Positions 24,938 through 32,000 of a DNA stretch of 32,000 nucleotides are shown piece after piece. The DNA lies in assembly GCF_000018105.1 (NCBI RefSeq), contig NC_009925.1, positions 5,520,001-5,552,000 on the forward strand, in the 5' to 3' direction. The position numbers were made by a program, and so were the translations under genes. The notes beneath the pieces were generated by a model. That model worked only from the letters and a program-made list of their open reading frames with translations, had not been told where the DNA came from and did not search any database. Source of the DNA: Acaryochloris marina MBIC11017. GTDB taxonomy: Bacteria; Cyanobacteriota; Cyanobacteriia; Thermosynechococcales; Thermosynechococcaceae. The stretch's first letter is position 1; each line of letters starts with the position of its first letter.

Positions 24938-26248
24938 ATGTCAGCTTCAAGAAGTCCAGAACCAACCATTGGCTTTGTTGATGAGTACTGCCAACTATTT
25001 GCAGAGTTATTTTCCCAAGTCCGAAGTAATGAAGCCTTCAAGCATCTCCATCTGGGGATGATTAATGATATCAAACGTAAATCATTGCCCGCCATTGCAA
25101 GAGCAGTGGGCTTGGAGAATCATCAAAGCCTGCATCATTTTCTGAGTGAATCACCTTGGGTAGCGTCACATTTGTCTGACAAGAGCTTGGACATCATCTT
25201 GAAAATACTGGATGGGCGCAGGTTAATTCTATTGATCGATGAGACGGGCGATTGCAAAAAAGGCAAGAGTACCGACTATGTGAAACGACAGTATATCGGC
25301 AATGTGGGCAAGAAAGAGAATGGCATCGTCGCAGTCACTGCCTACGGGCTGTTTCAAGGGATGATTTTGCCTTTGTCCTTTGAAGTGTACAAACCCCGAG
25401 AACGTCTTAAAGAGGGGGATGAGTATCTCAGCAAACCCCAAATTGCCGCTGGAATGATCCGACAGTTGCAAGGAATGGGCTTTTGCTTTGAGCTCGTCCT
25501 GGCCGACAGCTTGTATGGGGCAGCTCAAACAAACTTTGTGAATGTCTTAGAAGAGTTAAAGCTGCCCTATATCCTAGCGATTCGTAGCAATCATGCGGTG
25601 TGGTTACCCGCAGAACAAGCAGTCTTTGCCGAACCGTGGCAGTCATTTGAACGAACCTTCAGCAATGGCACCACTGAAACTCGTTACAGGCAAGAGATCA
25701 TTTATGGCCAGCGACACCACCAGAAGCGCTATTGGCTATTAACCACGGACCCCCAAACGCTGCCAGAGAACTCAACCTCTTATGTCATGGCAGCGGCACC
25801 CGAGATCAAGCTGGATGAAATTGGGGATTGCTATGGCTTCAGAACTTGGATTGAGTATGGTCTCAAACAGTCTAAAGATACCTTGGGTTGGGCTGATTTT
25901 CGCATGACGCACTACGAACAAATTGAAAAGTGGTGGGAGATAGTGATGAGCGCTTTCTTGATGGTGAGTTTGTTCGCTGATGTCTTCAATGACTCTTGTC
26001 CAGTAGCAAACCAACACTTTGCGCAGCATCCTTGGTGGGATAACCAAAACGGGTGGAAGAATCTGCTCAATAATGTGCGCTTGATCATTCAACCGTTAAT
26101 CAGTTGGAATCTTCTGAAGAGTTGGTTAGAAGTCTTTCCCATCCGTGCATTGAAAAAGGGGTTTGAGCAACTCACATCAAAGATGGAGGCATTTTGCTGT
26201 CCACTGGTAAGGAAATTGCTCAAGCATCCTGATTTTCTCTCTGTCTAA
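24938..26248 (+). CDS. IS701-family DDE transposase
   Basis: The N-terminal pattern ...KRKSLPAIARAVGLENHQSLHHFLSESPW and the DDE region LLIDETGDCKKGKSTDYVKRQYIGNVGKKENGIVAVTAY...LVLADSLYG are typical of IS701/SRSO17-type transposases. ATG 24938 follows the GTG 24935 used by the track. Confidence 0.85.
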   Translation: MSASRSPEPTIGFVDEYCQLFAELFSQVRSNEAFKHLHLGMINDIKRKSLPAIARAVGLENHQSLHHFLSESPWVASHLSDKSLDIILKILDGRRLILLIDETGDCKKGKSTDYVKRQYIGNVGKKENGIVAVTAYGLFQGMILPLSFEVYKPRERLKEGDEYLSKPQIAAGMIRQLQGMGFCFELVLADSLYGAAQTNFVNVLEELKLPYILAIRSNHAVWLPAEQAVFAEPWQSFERTFSNGTTETRYRQEIIYGQRHHQKRYWLLTTDPQTLPENSTSYVMAAAPEIKLDEIGDCYGFRTWIEYGLKQSKDTLGWADFRMTHYEQIEKWWEIVMSAFLMVSLFADVFNDSCPVANQHFAQHPWWDNQNGWKNLLNNVRLIIQPLISWNLLKSWLEVFPIRALKKGFEQLTSKMEAFCCPLVRKLLKHPDFLSV

Positions 26249-26266
26249 AGTGATAAAAGAGGGATA
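26245..26266. repeat. Right terminal inverted repeat of the IS701-like element
   Basis: ctaaagtgataaaagagggata is the exact reverse complement of 24869-24890. The match stops at both outer ends. Confidence 0.9.
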
Positions 26267-26355
26267 TAAGGTGATGTTGGCGGGATTGCTGAGTGCGCGC
26301 AACCTGGTCTACCAGCGATAGGGTTGCCCTATACGACTTGCGGGACAGCCACGCG

Positions 26356-26703
26356 CTATGCTAATTCAACCCGCTCTTCACCCGTACGGACCTGGACTAC
26401 TTTCTGCAAGGGAGAAACGAATATTTTGCCATCTCCAACTTGGCCGGTTCGAGCTGCAAAGGTGATTTTTTCGACGACTGGTGCCACCATCTCTTCATCT
26501 ACCTTGACCTCTACTTTTAATTTGCGATGAAGCCGAATCTCGGCATCTGAGCCTCGATACTGTTGTAGTGATCCCTGCTGTCTGCCAAACCCTTTCACGT
26601 CTGACAAGGTAATGTCGATAATTCCCAGTTGGACTAGGACTAATTTGACCTGATCGCACTGTTGGGGGCGGATGAATGCGGTGATTGTCCTCATCTGAGC
26701 CAT
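26356..26703 (-). CDS. PII (GlnB/GlnK superfamily) signal-transduction protein, divergent paralogue
   Basis: It is collinear over its whole length with cyanobacterial GlnB. Matching features are IRP...D.VK, the T-loop GFGRQQGSLQQYRGSDA and the B-loop AARTGQVGDGKIFVSP. By eye it is roughly half identical to GlnB. ATG 26694 gives the canonical 112-aa length. Confidence 0.85.
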   Translation of the reverse strand: MAQMRTITAFIRPQQCDQVKLVLVQLGIIDITLSDVKGFGRQQGSLQQYRGSDAEIRLHRKLKVEVKVDEEMVAPVVEKITFAARTGQVGDGKIFVSPLQKVVQVRTGEERVELA

Positions 26704-26864
26704 GATGGAACTGCATTAAGTCGCAAAACTTACATCACCATTGTTAACCCTATTCTGGCAAACAGTCATTTTTGATACAGTTTGCAATCGGTCGCCAGCT
26801 TTGCTGTAGAATCAAGAGTGAGGTGCCATGCTAGAAAAGCACCTTCACACATTGGGATATCAGT

Positions 26865-27638
26865 GTGAAACTCCCCACTTACCAGGCCATTCGGATTGTG
26901 TCGGCTCCCAGATATGGCAGTTCTCGGCCAATCGTGGTGGAGACGGAGGCTGGATACTTTTTGACTAAGTTGCGAGGGGCTGCCCAAGGCACCGCAGCCC
27001 TGGTCTCAGAAATAGTGGTGTCGGCCTTGGCTGAAGCCCTTGGGTTCTGGGTTCCCAGTCAGGTGTTTATCTCCATTGATGCATCTACCCAAAACGATAT
27101 TTACGAAGATGAGTTTTTAGATCTCCTGGGTGCAAGCCACGGACTGAATTTAGGGTTTCAATATTTAGAAAGGGCTCGTGATCTTCGCCCCCAGGACATT
27201 GAAGCGGTGGATCGAGACTGGGCATGCCGAGTTTTGTGGTTGGACGCCTTGGTGATGAATCGTGATCGGACGCCGTCTAATCCCAACCTAATGGTTTGCC
27301 AAAATCAGCTGTGGGTCATCGATCATGGAGCGGCTCTTCCTTTTCAGTACAACTGGTCTCAGGTCACAGAAGAGGCGCCTCGGCGGTTGAATTACGCCAT
27401 GGATCGGCACCTGTTCGGGGAGAAAGCGACCGCACTCCAGCAATGGGATTTAGCCTTGACCGCAAAGCTGTCTAGAGACGTGATCCAAGAGGCTATTGCC
27501 CATATTCCAGATTGTTTTTTGATGCCCCTCTGTCGCCCAGGGGCGATGGCCGAGCAGCTTGAACGTCGGCGGCAAGCCTATGGGGCATTTTTATGGAAAC
27601 GTTTGAAATTTCCTAGACCCTTTGTCCCGGAGTTTTAG
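26865..27638 (+). CDS. HipA-like / PI3-PI4-kinase-fold protein kinase (putative)
   Basis: 257 aa with a GTG start. ALVMNRDRTPSNPNLMV resembles the HipA/PI3K catalytic loop (N.DR...N.N). WVIDHGAAL resembles the Mg-binding D(F/H)G. The N-terminal KLRG...GTAALVSE could be the P-loop-like segment. The family assignment is from memory. Confidence 0.55.
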   Translation: MKLPTYQAIRIVSAPRYGSSRPIVVETEAGYFLTKLRGAAQGTAALVSEIVVSALAEALGFWVPSQVFISIDASTQNDIYEDEFLDLLGASHGLNLGFQYLERARDLRPQDIEAVDRDWACRVLWLDALVMNRDRTPSNPNLMVCQNQLWVIDHGAALPFQYNWSQVTEEAPRRLNYAMDRHLFGEKATALQQWDLALTAKLSRDVIQEAIAHIPDCFLMPLCRPGAMAEQLERRRQAYGAFLWKRLKFPRPFVPEF

Positions 27639-27730
27639 GACAGGGCATCATGACGCTAAAGCATTCAATGGGCGCTGACTTTGTCTCTTGAACAGAAAAG
27701 CAAGATTGCCCTGCCCAGACCTTGGACAAT

Positions 27731-27752
27731 AAAAAACCCCCTGACGGGGGTT
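27731..27752 (-). terminator. Rho-independent terminator of the peroxiredoxin gene (hairpin shared with the convergent kinase gene)
   Basis: ccccc-tgac-ggggg (27737-27750). On the minus strand it is followed by TTTTTTATT. It lies 29 nt downstream of the prx stop. Confidence 0.7.
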
Positions 27753-27780
27753 GGAAATCGCAGTCTAAATCACGAAAGGC

Positions 27781-28416
27781 TTATTTGTTGGGTTGAGGAG
27801 TCATCCGTAAATAAGGCTTGATTTCAGTGACCCCTTTGGGGAATTTCTGCTTGGCTTCTTCTGTAGGAATGGTGGGAGCAACGACGACATCATCACCATC
27901 TTGCCAGTCTACGGGAGTAGCAACTTGATAGTTATCGGTCAATTGGAGTGAGTCAATGACCCGCAGGATCTCATTAAAATTCCGACCTGTGCTAGGTGGG
28001 TAGGTAATGGAGGCTCTGAGCTTTTTATTGTTGTCAATAATAAATACTGTTCTGACAGTGACTTTGGCGTTGGCGTTGGGATGAATCATGTCGTATAGAT
28101 CAGACACTTTCTTGTCCGCATCCGCCAAGATAGGGTAATCAACGGTTGTATTTTGGGTTTCATTGATATCGCCAATCCAGCCGTTGTGGGCCTGAGCATC
28201 ATCGACGCTCAGGGCAATGGTTTTGACGTGGCGCTTGTCAAACTCAGGCTTAAGCTTAGAGACAGACCCGAGCTCAGTCGTACAAACGGGGGTGTAGTCC
28301 GCAGGATGCGAGAAGAGAACAACCCAGCTATCGCCAGCCCATTCAAAGAAGTCAATTGTGCCAGCAGTGGAATCTTGAGTAAAGTTAGGTACGGTGTCCC
28401 CTAGTCGCAAAGACAT
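27781..28416 (-). CDS. 1-Cys peroxiredoxin (Prx6 subfamily)
   Basis: SHPADYTPVCTTELG peroxidatic-Cys motif, no resolving Cys, a length of 211 aa and the Prx6-type C-terminal extension (DSLQLTD...ATPVDW). Confidence 0.9.
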   Translation of the reverse strand: MSLRLGDTVPNFTQDSTAGTIDFFEWAGDSWVVLFSHPADYTPVCTTELGSVSKLKPEFDKRHVKTIALSVDDAQAHNGWIGDINETQNTTVDYPILADADKKVSDLYDMIHPNANAKVTVRTVFIIDNNKKLRASITYPPSTGRNFNEILRVIDSLQLTDNYQVATPVDWQDGDDVVVAPTIPTEEAKQKFPKGVTEIKPYLRMTPQPNK

Positions 28417-28659
28417 GGTGAAACTCCTGTCATGAAAGGTCGGTTTGTGGTTACAAATGAGATCATGCCATAACCGAATTCGGATAATGTCCGGTTTCCC
28501 GACCGAGAAACAGTTCTTAATGTAGTTGACGAAAAATGATCCTGAACAATAGATGGATTGATGCCAGGGCAGGAAGCCTTGAAGTCAAAACAACAAAAGG
28601 CTTACAGGCCTGGAGACTAGCTTGAATCACAGACTTCCAGTATTAAAGGGATGCTTAAT

Positions 28660-29163
28660 TTAACTGTGAGGAGAAAACTGAGTGACTTCTCGCCATTCAT
28701 GGATTACGGCAGGAGGGGCGATGATGTTGGCGGTCAAACCGCTCACTAGGGGAATTTCGAGGACGAGACGGGTATCACTATCTAAATTTTCAAGCAGAGG
28801 CTGTACGTTGTACTGACCTACGTTCTCAGGCAGCATCAAGGTTGTTCCATCCATGGCGGGTTGAGACTGCCAAAGAAATTGGTCGGCAATGCTCAATTGC
28901 AACGGCTGTTCGGGGGCGACTTCGACTTGCCCTGGGAACCCCACAAGACGCAAAAATATTCCTTCGAGCTGGTTATCGACATAGCGTTTAAAGAGAATGG
29001 TTTGCCAACTGCGCTTGGCCTGATCTTGGAGACTTTGTTGCGATCGCAACGTCACTTGCCCCGGTTTCTCTTGGTAAAGATGGGTCTCGGCCTGAACGGG
29101 CAGGGGATATGCAGTCAGACTGAGCAGCAATAGCAATAGGGTGATTAGACGACGAAGCATCAT
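28660..29163 (-). CDS. Secreted hypothetical protein (cyanobacterial; possibly DUF3122-type)
   Basis: Signal peptide MMLRRLITLLLLLLSLTAYPLPVQA. The start ATG overlaps the gmk stop as ATGA. The family assignment is tentative. Confidence 0.65.
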   Translation of the reverse strand: MMLRRLITLLLLLLSLTAYPLPVQAETHLYQEKPGQVTLRSQQSLQDQAKRSWQTILFKRYVDNQLEGIFLRLVGFPGQVEVAPEQPLQLSIADQFLWQSQPAMDGTTLMLPENVGQYNVQPLLENLDSDTRLVLEIPLVSGLTANIIAPPAVIHEWREVTQFSPHS

Positions 29164-29717
29164 AGGGACAACACCTTAGACTTAAGGGTTTGAAAGGCTG
29201 CATCTAGATCATCATTGACCAGCTGAAAATCAAATTCATCGGCGGCGGCAAGCTCGACCTTGGCCTGGTCTAAACGGCGGGCAATGGCTTCTTCTGAATC
29301 CTGGCCTCGCCCCCGAATCCGAGCCTCTAAATCGGCCACAGAAGGGGGGCTGACAAAGATTTGAAAGGCATCGGCAACCTGATCTCGGATTTGACGAGCC
29401 CCAACCAGTTCAATTTCCAAAATCACTTTTTTTCCTTGGGTAATTTCCCGCATCACGGGAGCCCGTAGCGTTCCGTAGAAATTACCTGCATACTCTGCCC
29501 ATTCCAAGAGCTGATTTTGATCAATGCGGGTTTGAAATTGGTCTTTGGTCAAAAAGTAGTAGTGTTTGCCATCCACTTCTCCCTCTCGGGGAGAACGAGT
29601 CGTGGCGGAAACCGCAAGGTATAAATCTGGGCAGGCTTGTAAGAGCTGCTGCAAAAGAGTGCCTTTGCCGACACCGCTGGGTCCAGTTAGGACGATCAGC
29701 TTACCCGTTTTTGTCAT
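29160..29717 (-). CDS. gmk: Guanylate kinase
   Basis: GPSGVGKGTL P-loop, ATTRSPREGEVDGKHYYF and EWAEYAGNFYGT are canonical Gmk motifs. Length 185 aa. Confidence 0.95.
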   Translation of the reverse strand: MTKTGKLIVLTGPSGVGKGTLLQQLLQACPDLYLAVSATTRSPREGEVDGKHYYFLTKDQFQTRIDQNQLLEWAEYAGNFYGTLRAPVMREITQGKKVILEIELVGARQIRDQVADAFQIFVSPPSVADLEARIRGRGQDSEEAIARRLDQAKVELAAADEFDFQLVNDDLDAAFQTLKSKVLSL

Positions 29718-29843
29718 TTCCTGGGACCTTGCGTCTTATAGGGGGAAAACACCTCATTTTAACGCCAGTTCGGGTTAAGCCTGGTTTGAACTTTTTATAT
29801 GAAGAAATAAAGGAGTTCGTCAGCACGAAAATTGGAGTTTTAG

Positions 29844-29870
29844 CATAAAATGAACGGCGTTCATTTTATG
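29844..29870. repeat. Perfect 27-nt palindrome between remA and gmk
   Basis: cataaaatgaacg-g-cgttcattttatg has 13-nt arms that are exact reverse complements. No U-run follows on either strand. Confidence 0.85.
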
Positions 29871-29977
29871 AGCATAAACTGCCAAATAATAAACCATTCC
29901 CTTCAAGGACTGGTTGAGGATGTACCGGGTAAAGGAGACATTTTGCTCGATACCAATCCTGAAGGAGATAGGTCGCC

Positions 29978-30244
29978 CTATTTATCTGAATCCTTGGTGT
30001 CCTTGTTGGACATAAAACGGTGAGCGACCGTTTCTGGCTGAATTGCAGACAGGACAACATGACCTGAATCAGTTACGATTACTGCGCGTGTGCGCCGCCC
30101 ATAGGTGGCATCAATCAATTGGGCCCGATCTCGGGCTTCACTGATGATACGCTTAATGGGTGCAGACTCGGGACTGACGATGGAAATCACTCGATTCCCA
30201 GAGACAATATTTCCAAAGCCTATATTGATTAACTTGATATCCAT
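29978..30244 (-). CDS. remA: RemA/YlzA family DNA-binding regulator (DUF370)
   Basis: [77 protein letters not shown] is near-collinear with Bacillus subtilis RemA. As in Bacillus, it lies just upstream of gmk. Confidence 0.9.
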   Translation of the reverse strand: MDIKLINIGFGNIVSGNRVISIVSPESAPIKRIISEARDRAQLIDATYGRRTRAVIVTDSGHVVLSAIQPETVAHRFMSNKDTKDSDK

Positions 30245-30280
30245 AAATACAAATCCTCACGCAGATTCCAACCTTTTGTA

Positions 30281-30326
30281 ATATCAGAGCGCATCACCCA
30301 AAAAAGCTCTGATATCATCCTTTTTT
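30281..30326 (+). repeat. 10-bp perfect inverted repeat (hairpin) followed by a T-run
   Basis: atatcagagc (30281-30290), a 15-nt loop, gctctgatat (30306-30315), then catccTTTTTT (30321-30326). It lies 37 nt upstream of the remA start, in the divergent intergenic region. Confidence 0.6.
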
Positions 30327-30583
30327 CCATCTTATCCACAAAAGATCTAGACCTACAACCTATTTTTAAGTATTTATTTCTAGTCATAGGAATCTTATTT
30401 AGGATTTACAGGATTACTTAGGGTGAAATGTATCGCAGGATACAAAATGGCTATGAAAAATCAGCATCTCAAGGCTTGGGTCGACAAATCAGTATTAATT
30501 CTTAAAATATGAATGAATTTCTGAAAGATAGGTTTTCCTGCCTAGGAACTCCTCACAAGAGGTCCATTTACTTGTAATTACCC

Positions 30584-32000
30584 GTGCAACAGGTTGACTT
30601 TACGACATTGACTGCAGCGTGCTGCGAGTTGCGATCGCAATGGCTACCGGCACGCATTGAACAAGTGGTTCAGCAAGATCGGTTTACGGTCTATATTGCC
30701 CTGCGTACCCTCGACCATCGAGGATGGCTTTCCTTGAGTTGGCATCCTCAAGCGGCCCGAATTTGTATGGGAACCCCACCCCCGAAAGGCGCAGATACCT
30801 TTACCTTTAGCCAACAGTTACGTCACCAGCTCAATGGCCTCGCTTTGATAGCCGTTGAACCGATTGCCGATTGGGAACGGGTGATCGACTTGCAGATTGG
30901 TCAGCGCCCTCAAGCCCCTGTGGATTGGCATGTCTATGTAGAAATCATGGGTAAGTATAGCAACGTTATCTTGACCAATGGAGAAAATCGAATTGTCACA
31001 GCGGCCCATCAAGTCAGTGCCCAACAGTCTAGTGTTCGCCCCATTCAAACCGGAGACCTTTACCAGCCACCGCCCCACCTAACCGACCCCATTCCCACTT
31101 TGTCGGAATCCTTTGAGCATTGGCAGCGACAGGTCAGCTTAGTACCGGGTCCTCTGAAACGAAATTTACTCAAAACCTATCGAGGCCTGAGTTCGGCTCT
31201 GGTATTGTCCATGCTGTCCTCCATTCATCTGCAGCCTGATCAATCTACTGAAACCCTGCAAGAAATGGATTGGCAACGGCTCTTTCAAGCTTGGCAAGAT
31301 TGGCTATCGGCTCTAGAATCCCAATCCTTCACTCCTGGTTGGTGTTCATCAGGGGGCTACACCGTAGTGGGTTGGGATATCACCCGGCTAGCAGCGGATA
31401 CGCAAACGTTGCTGGATGACTATTACAGTCAACAGTTAGGCGAGCAGGTCTTTAAGCAGCTCCGGCATCAGCTGCAGCAAAAGGTCAAAGGCCATCTCAA
31501 GAAGCTCAATACCAAAGCTAAAACCTTTCAAGATCAGTTGAAGGCATCCGATACAGCTGAAACCTATCGGGAAAAGGCTGACCTACTGATGGCTCATTTA
31601 CATGAGTGGCAGGTGGGAATGAAAACCCTAACTTTGATGGATTTTGGGTCGGGTGAACCTCGAACCCTAACCCTCAATCCAGAAAAGAATGCAGTTCAAA
31701 ATGCTCAAGCCTGGTACAAACGCCATCAAAAACTAAAACGCTCTCGTGCCCAAGTGCAGCCTTTACTGGAAGAGGTGCTATCAGAGGTGGTCTATTTAGA
31801 ACAGGTGGAAGCCAGTATTCAGCAGCTAGAACAGTTTGAAGATGTCGCGGATTTGTTGACGCTGCACGATATTCGAGATGAACTGATCCTACAAAACTAT
31901 TTCCCGAAACTGGAGTATCGCAAGGATGCGCCACCTGAAATTCCGTTTTACCAGTACCAATCTCCCTCAGGATGGGAGCTATTAATTGGTCGCAATAATC
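30584..32000 (+). CDS. rqcH: NFACT-family protein (RqcH / FbpA-like ribosome quality-control factor), 5' part, continues past the window
   Basis: My own translation from GTG 30584 (with a TAA in frame 9 nt upstream) is open to the window end. It reads VQQVDFTTLTAACCELRSQWLPARIEQVVQQDRFTVYIAL...VYVEIMGKYSNVILTNGENRIVTAAHQV...coiled-coil...GWELLIGRNN. This is the NFACT-N, coiled-coil and start-of-NFACT-R layout. It is not in the ORF track because no stop lies in the window. Confidence 0.85.
   Translation, partial: MQQVDFTTLTAACCELRSQWLPARIEQVVQQDRFTVYIALRTLDHRGWLSLSWHPQAARICMGTPPPKGADTFTFSQQLRHQLNGLALIAVEPIADWERVIDLQIGQRPQAPVDWHVYVEIMGKYSNVILTNGENRIVTAAHQVSAQQSSVRPIQTGDLYQPPPHLTDPIPTLSESFEHWQRQVSLVPGPLKRNLLKTYRGLSSALVLSMLSSIHLQPDQSTETLQEMDWQRLFQAWQDWLSALESQSFTPGWCSSGGYTVVGWDITRLAADTQTLLDDYYSQQLGEQVFKQLRHQLQQKVKGHLKKLNTKAKTFQDQLKASDTAETYREKADLLMAHLHEWQVGMKTLTLMDFGSGEPRTLTLNPEKNAVQNAQAWYKRHQKLKRSRAQVQPLLEEVLSEVVYLEQVEASIQQLEQFEDVADLLTLHDIRDELILQNYFPKLEYRKDAPPEIPFYQYQSPSGWELLIGRNN

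Larger units (their letters stand above)
24869..26266 (+). mobile_element. IS701-like (IS4 superfamily) insertion sequence, apparently intact
   Basis: A 1398-bp unit bounded by perfect 22-bp terminal inverted repeats and carrying one uninterrupted 436-aa transposase gene. Confidence 0.85.

Noticed and set aside
24865-26270. Target-site duplication flanking the IS701-like element
   Set aside because: The flanks are aatt on the left and taag on the right. Shifting the ends by 1-2 nt yields only a trivial TA. No convincing direct repeat is present.
26704-26864. An NtcA site (GTA-N8-TAC) upstream of the PII-like gene
   Set aside because: I scanned the 161-bp intergenic region by eye on both strands and found no GTA-N8-TAC match.
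28587-28611. A possible terminator after the gmk and secreted-protein operon (minus strand AGGC-ctgtaa-GCCT followed by TTTGTTGTTTT)
   Set aside because: The stem is only 4 bp, too weak to call. It is mentioned in case 3'-end mapping supports it.
29866-30060. A 64-aa minus-strand ORF between gmk and remA
   Set aside because: It overlaps the 3' third of remA in another frame and starts within the 27-nt palindrome. Its composition is poor, so it is most likely spurious.

Overview
This window looks like a cyanobacterial chromosomal segment. The HIP1 octamer GCGATCGC occurs 11 times in 32 kb, and pentapeptide, WD40/STAND, DUF-type and Hanks-kinase genes are typical of large cyanobacterial genomes. 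The species cannot be determined from here. I support about 30 protein-coding genes, one tRNA-Leu(CAA), two insertion sequences (a decayed IS1-family copy at 1.77-2.66 kb and an intact IS701-like copy at 24.87-26.27 kb), several intrinsic terminators and some palindromic candidate operators. Housekeeping genes are cca, recA, dinB, an SRAP/YedK homologue, gmk, remA, a 1-Cys peroxiredoxin, a sigma-70 factor, an EPS priming sugar transferase and the 5' part of an NFACT/RqcH gene, which runs off the right edge and so is missing from the ORF track. I found no CRISPR array, rRNA, restriction-modification system or known defence operon. Five observations seem worth follow-up. (1) recA is divergent from a small unknown ORF-SRAP-dinB operon, and the shared intergenic region has a near-consensus cyanobacterial LexA box overlapping a strong recA promoter. 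(2) A divergent PII (GlnB-like) paralogue keeps the Ser49 phospho-site and sits head-to-head with a HipA/PI3K-like Ser/Thr kinase. (3) A 1208-aa HTH/NB-ARC/pentapeptide/14xWD40 STAND protein lies immediately upstream of an AraC regulator. (4) A Hanks kinase, a Tat-exported protease-FGE protein, an HExxH protein and a sigma factor form a neighbourhood. (5) Perfect palindromes or hairpins flank remA. All functional links are inferred from adjacency and motifs read by eye. Nothing here was checked by a database search.
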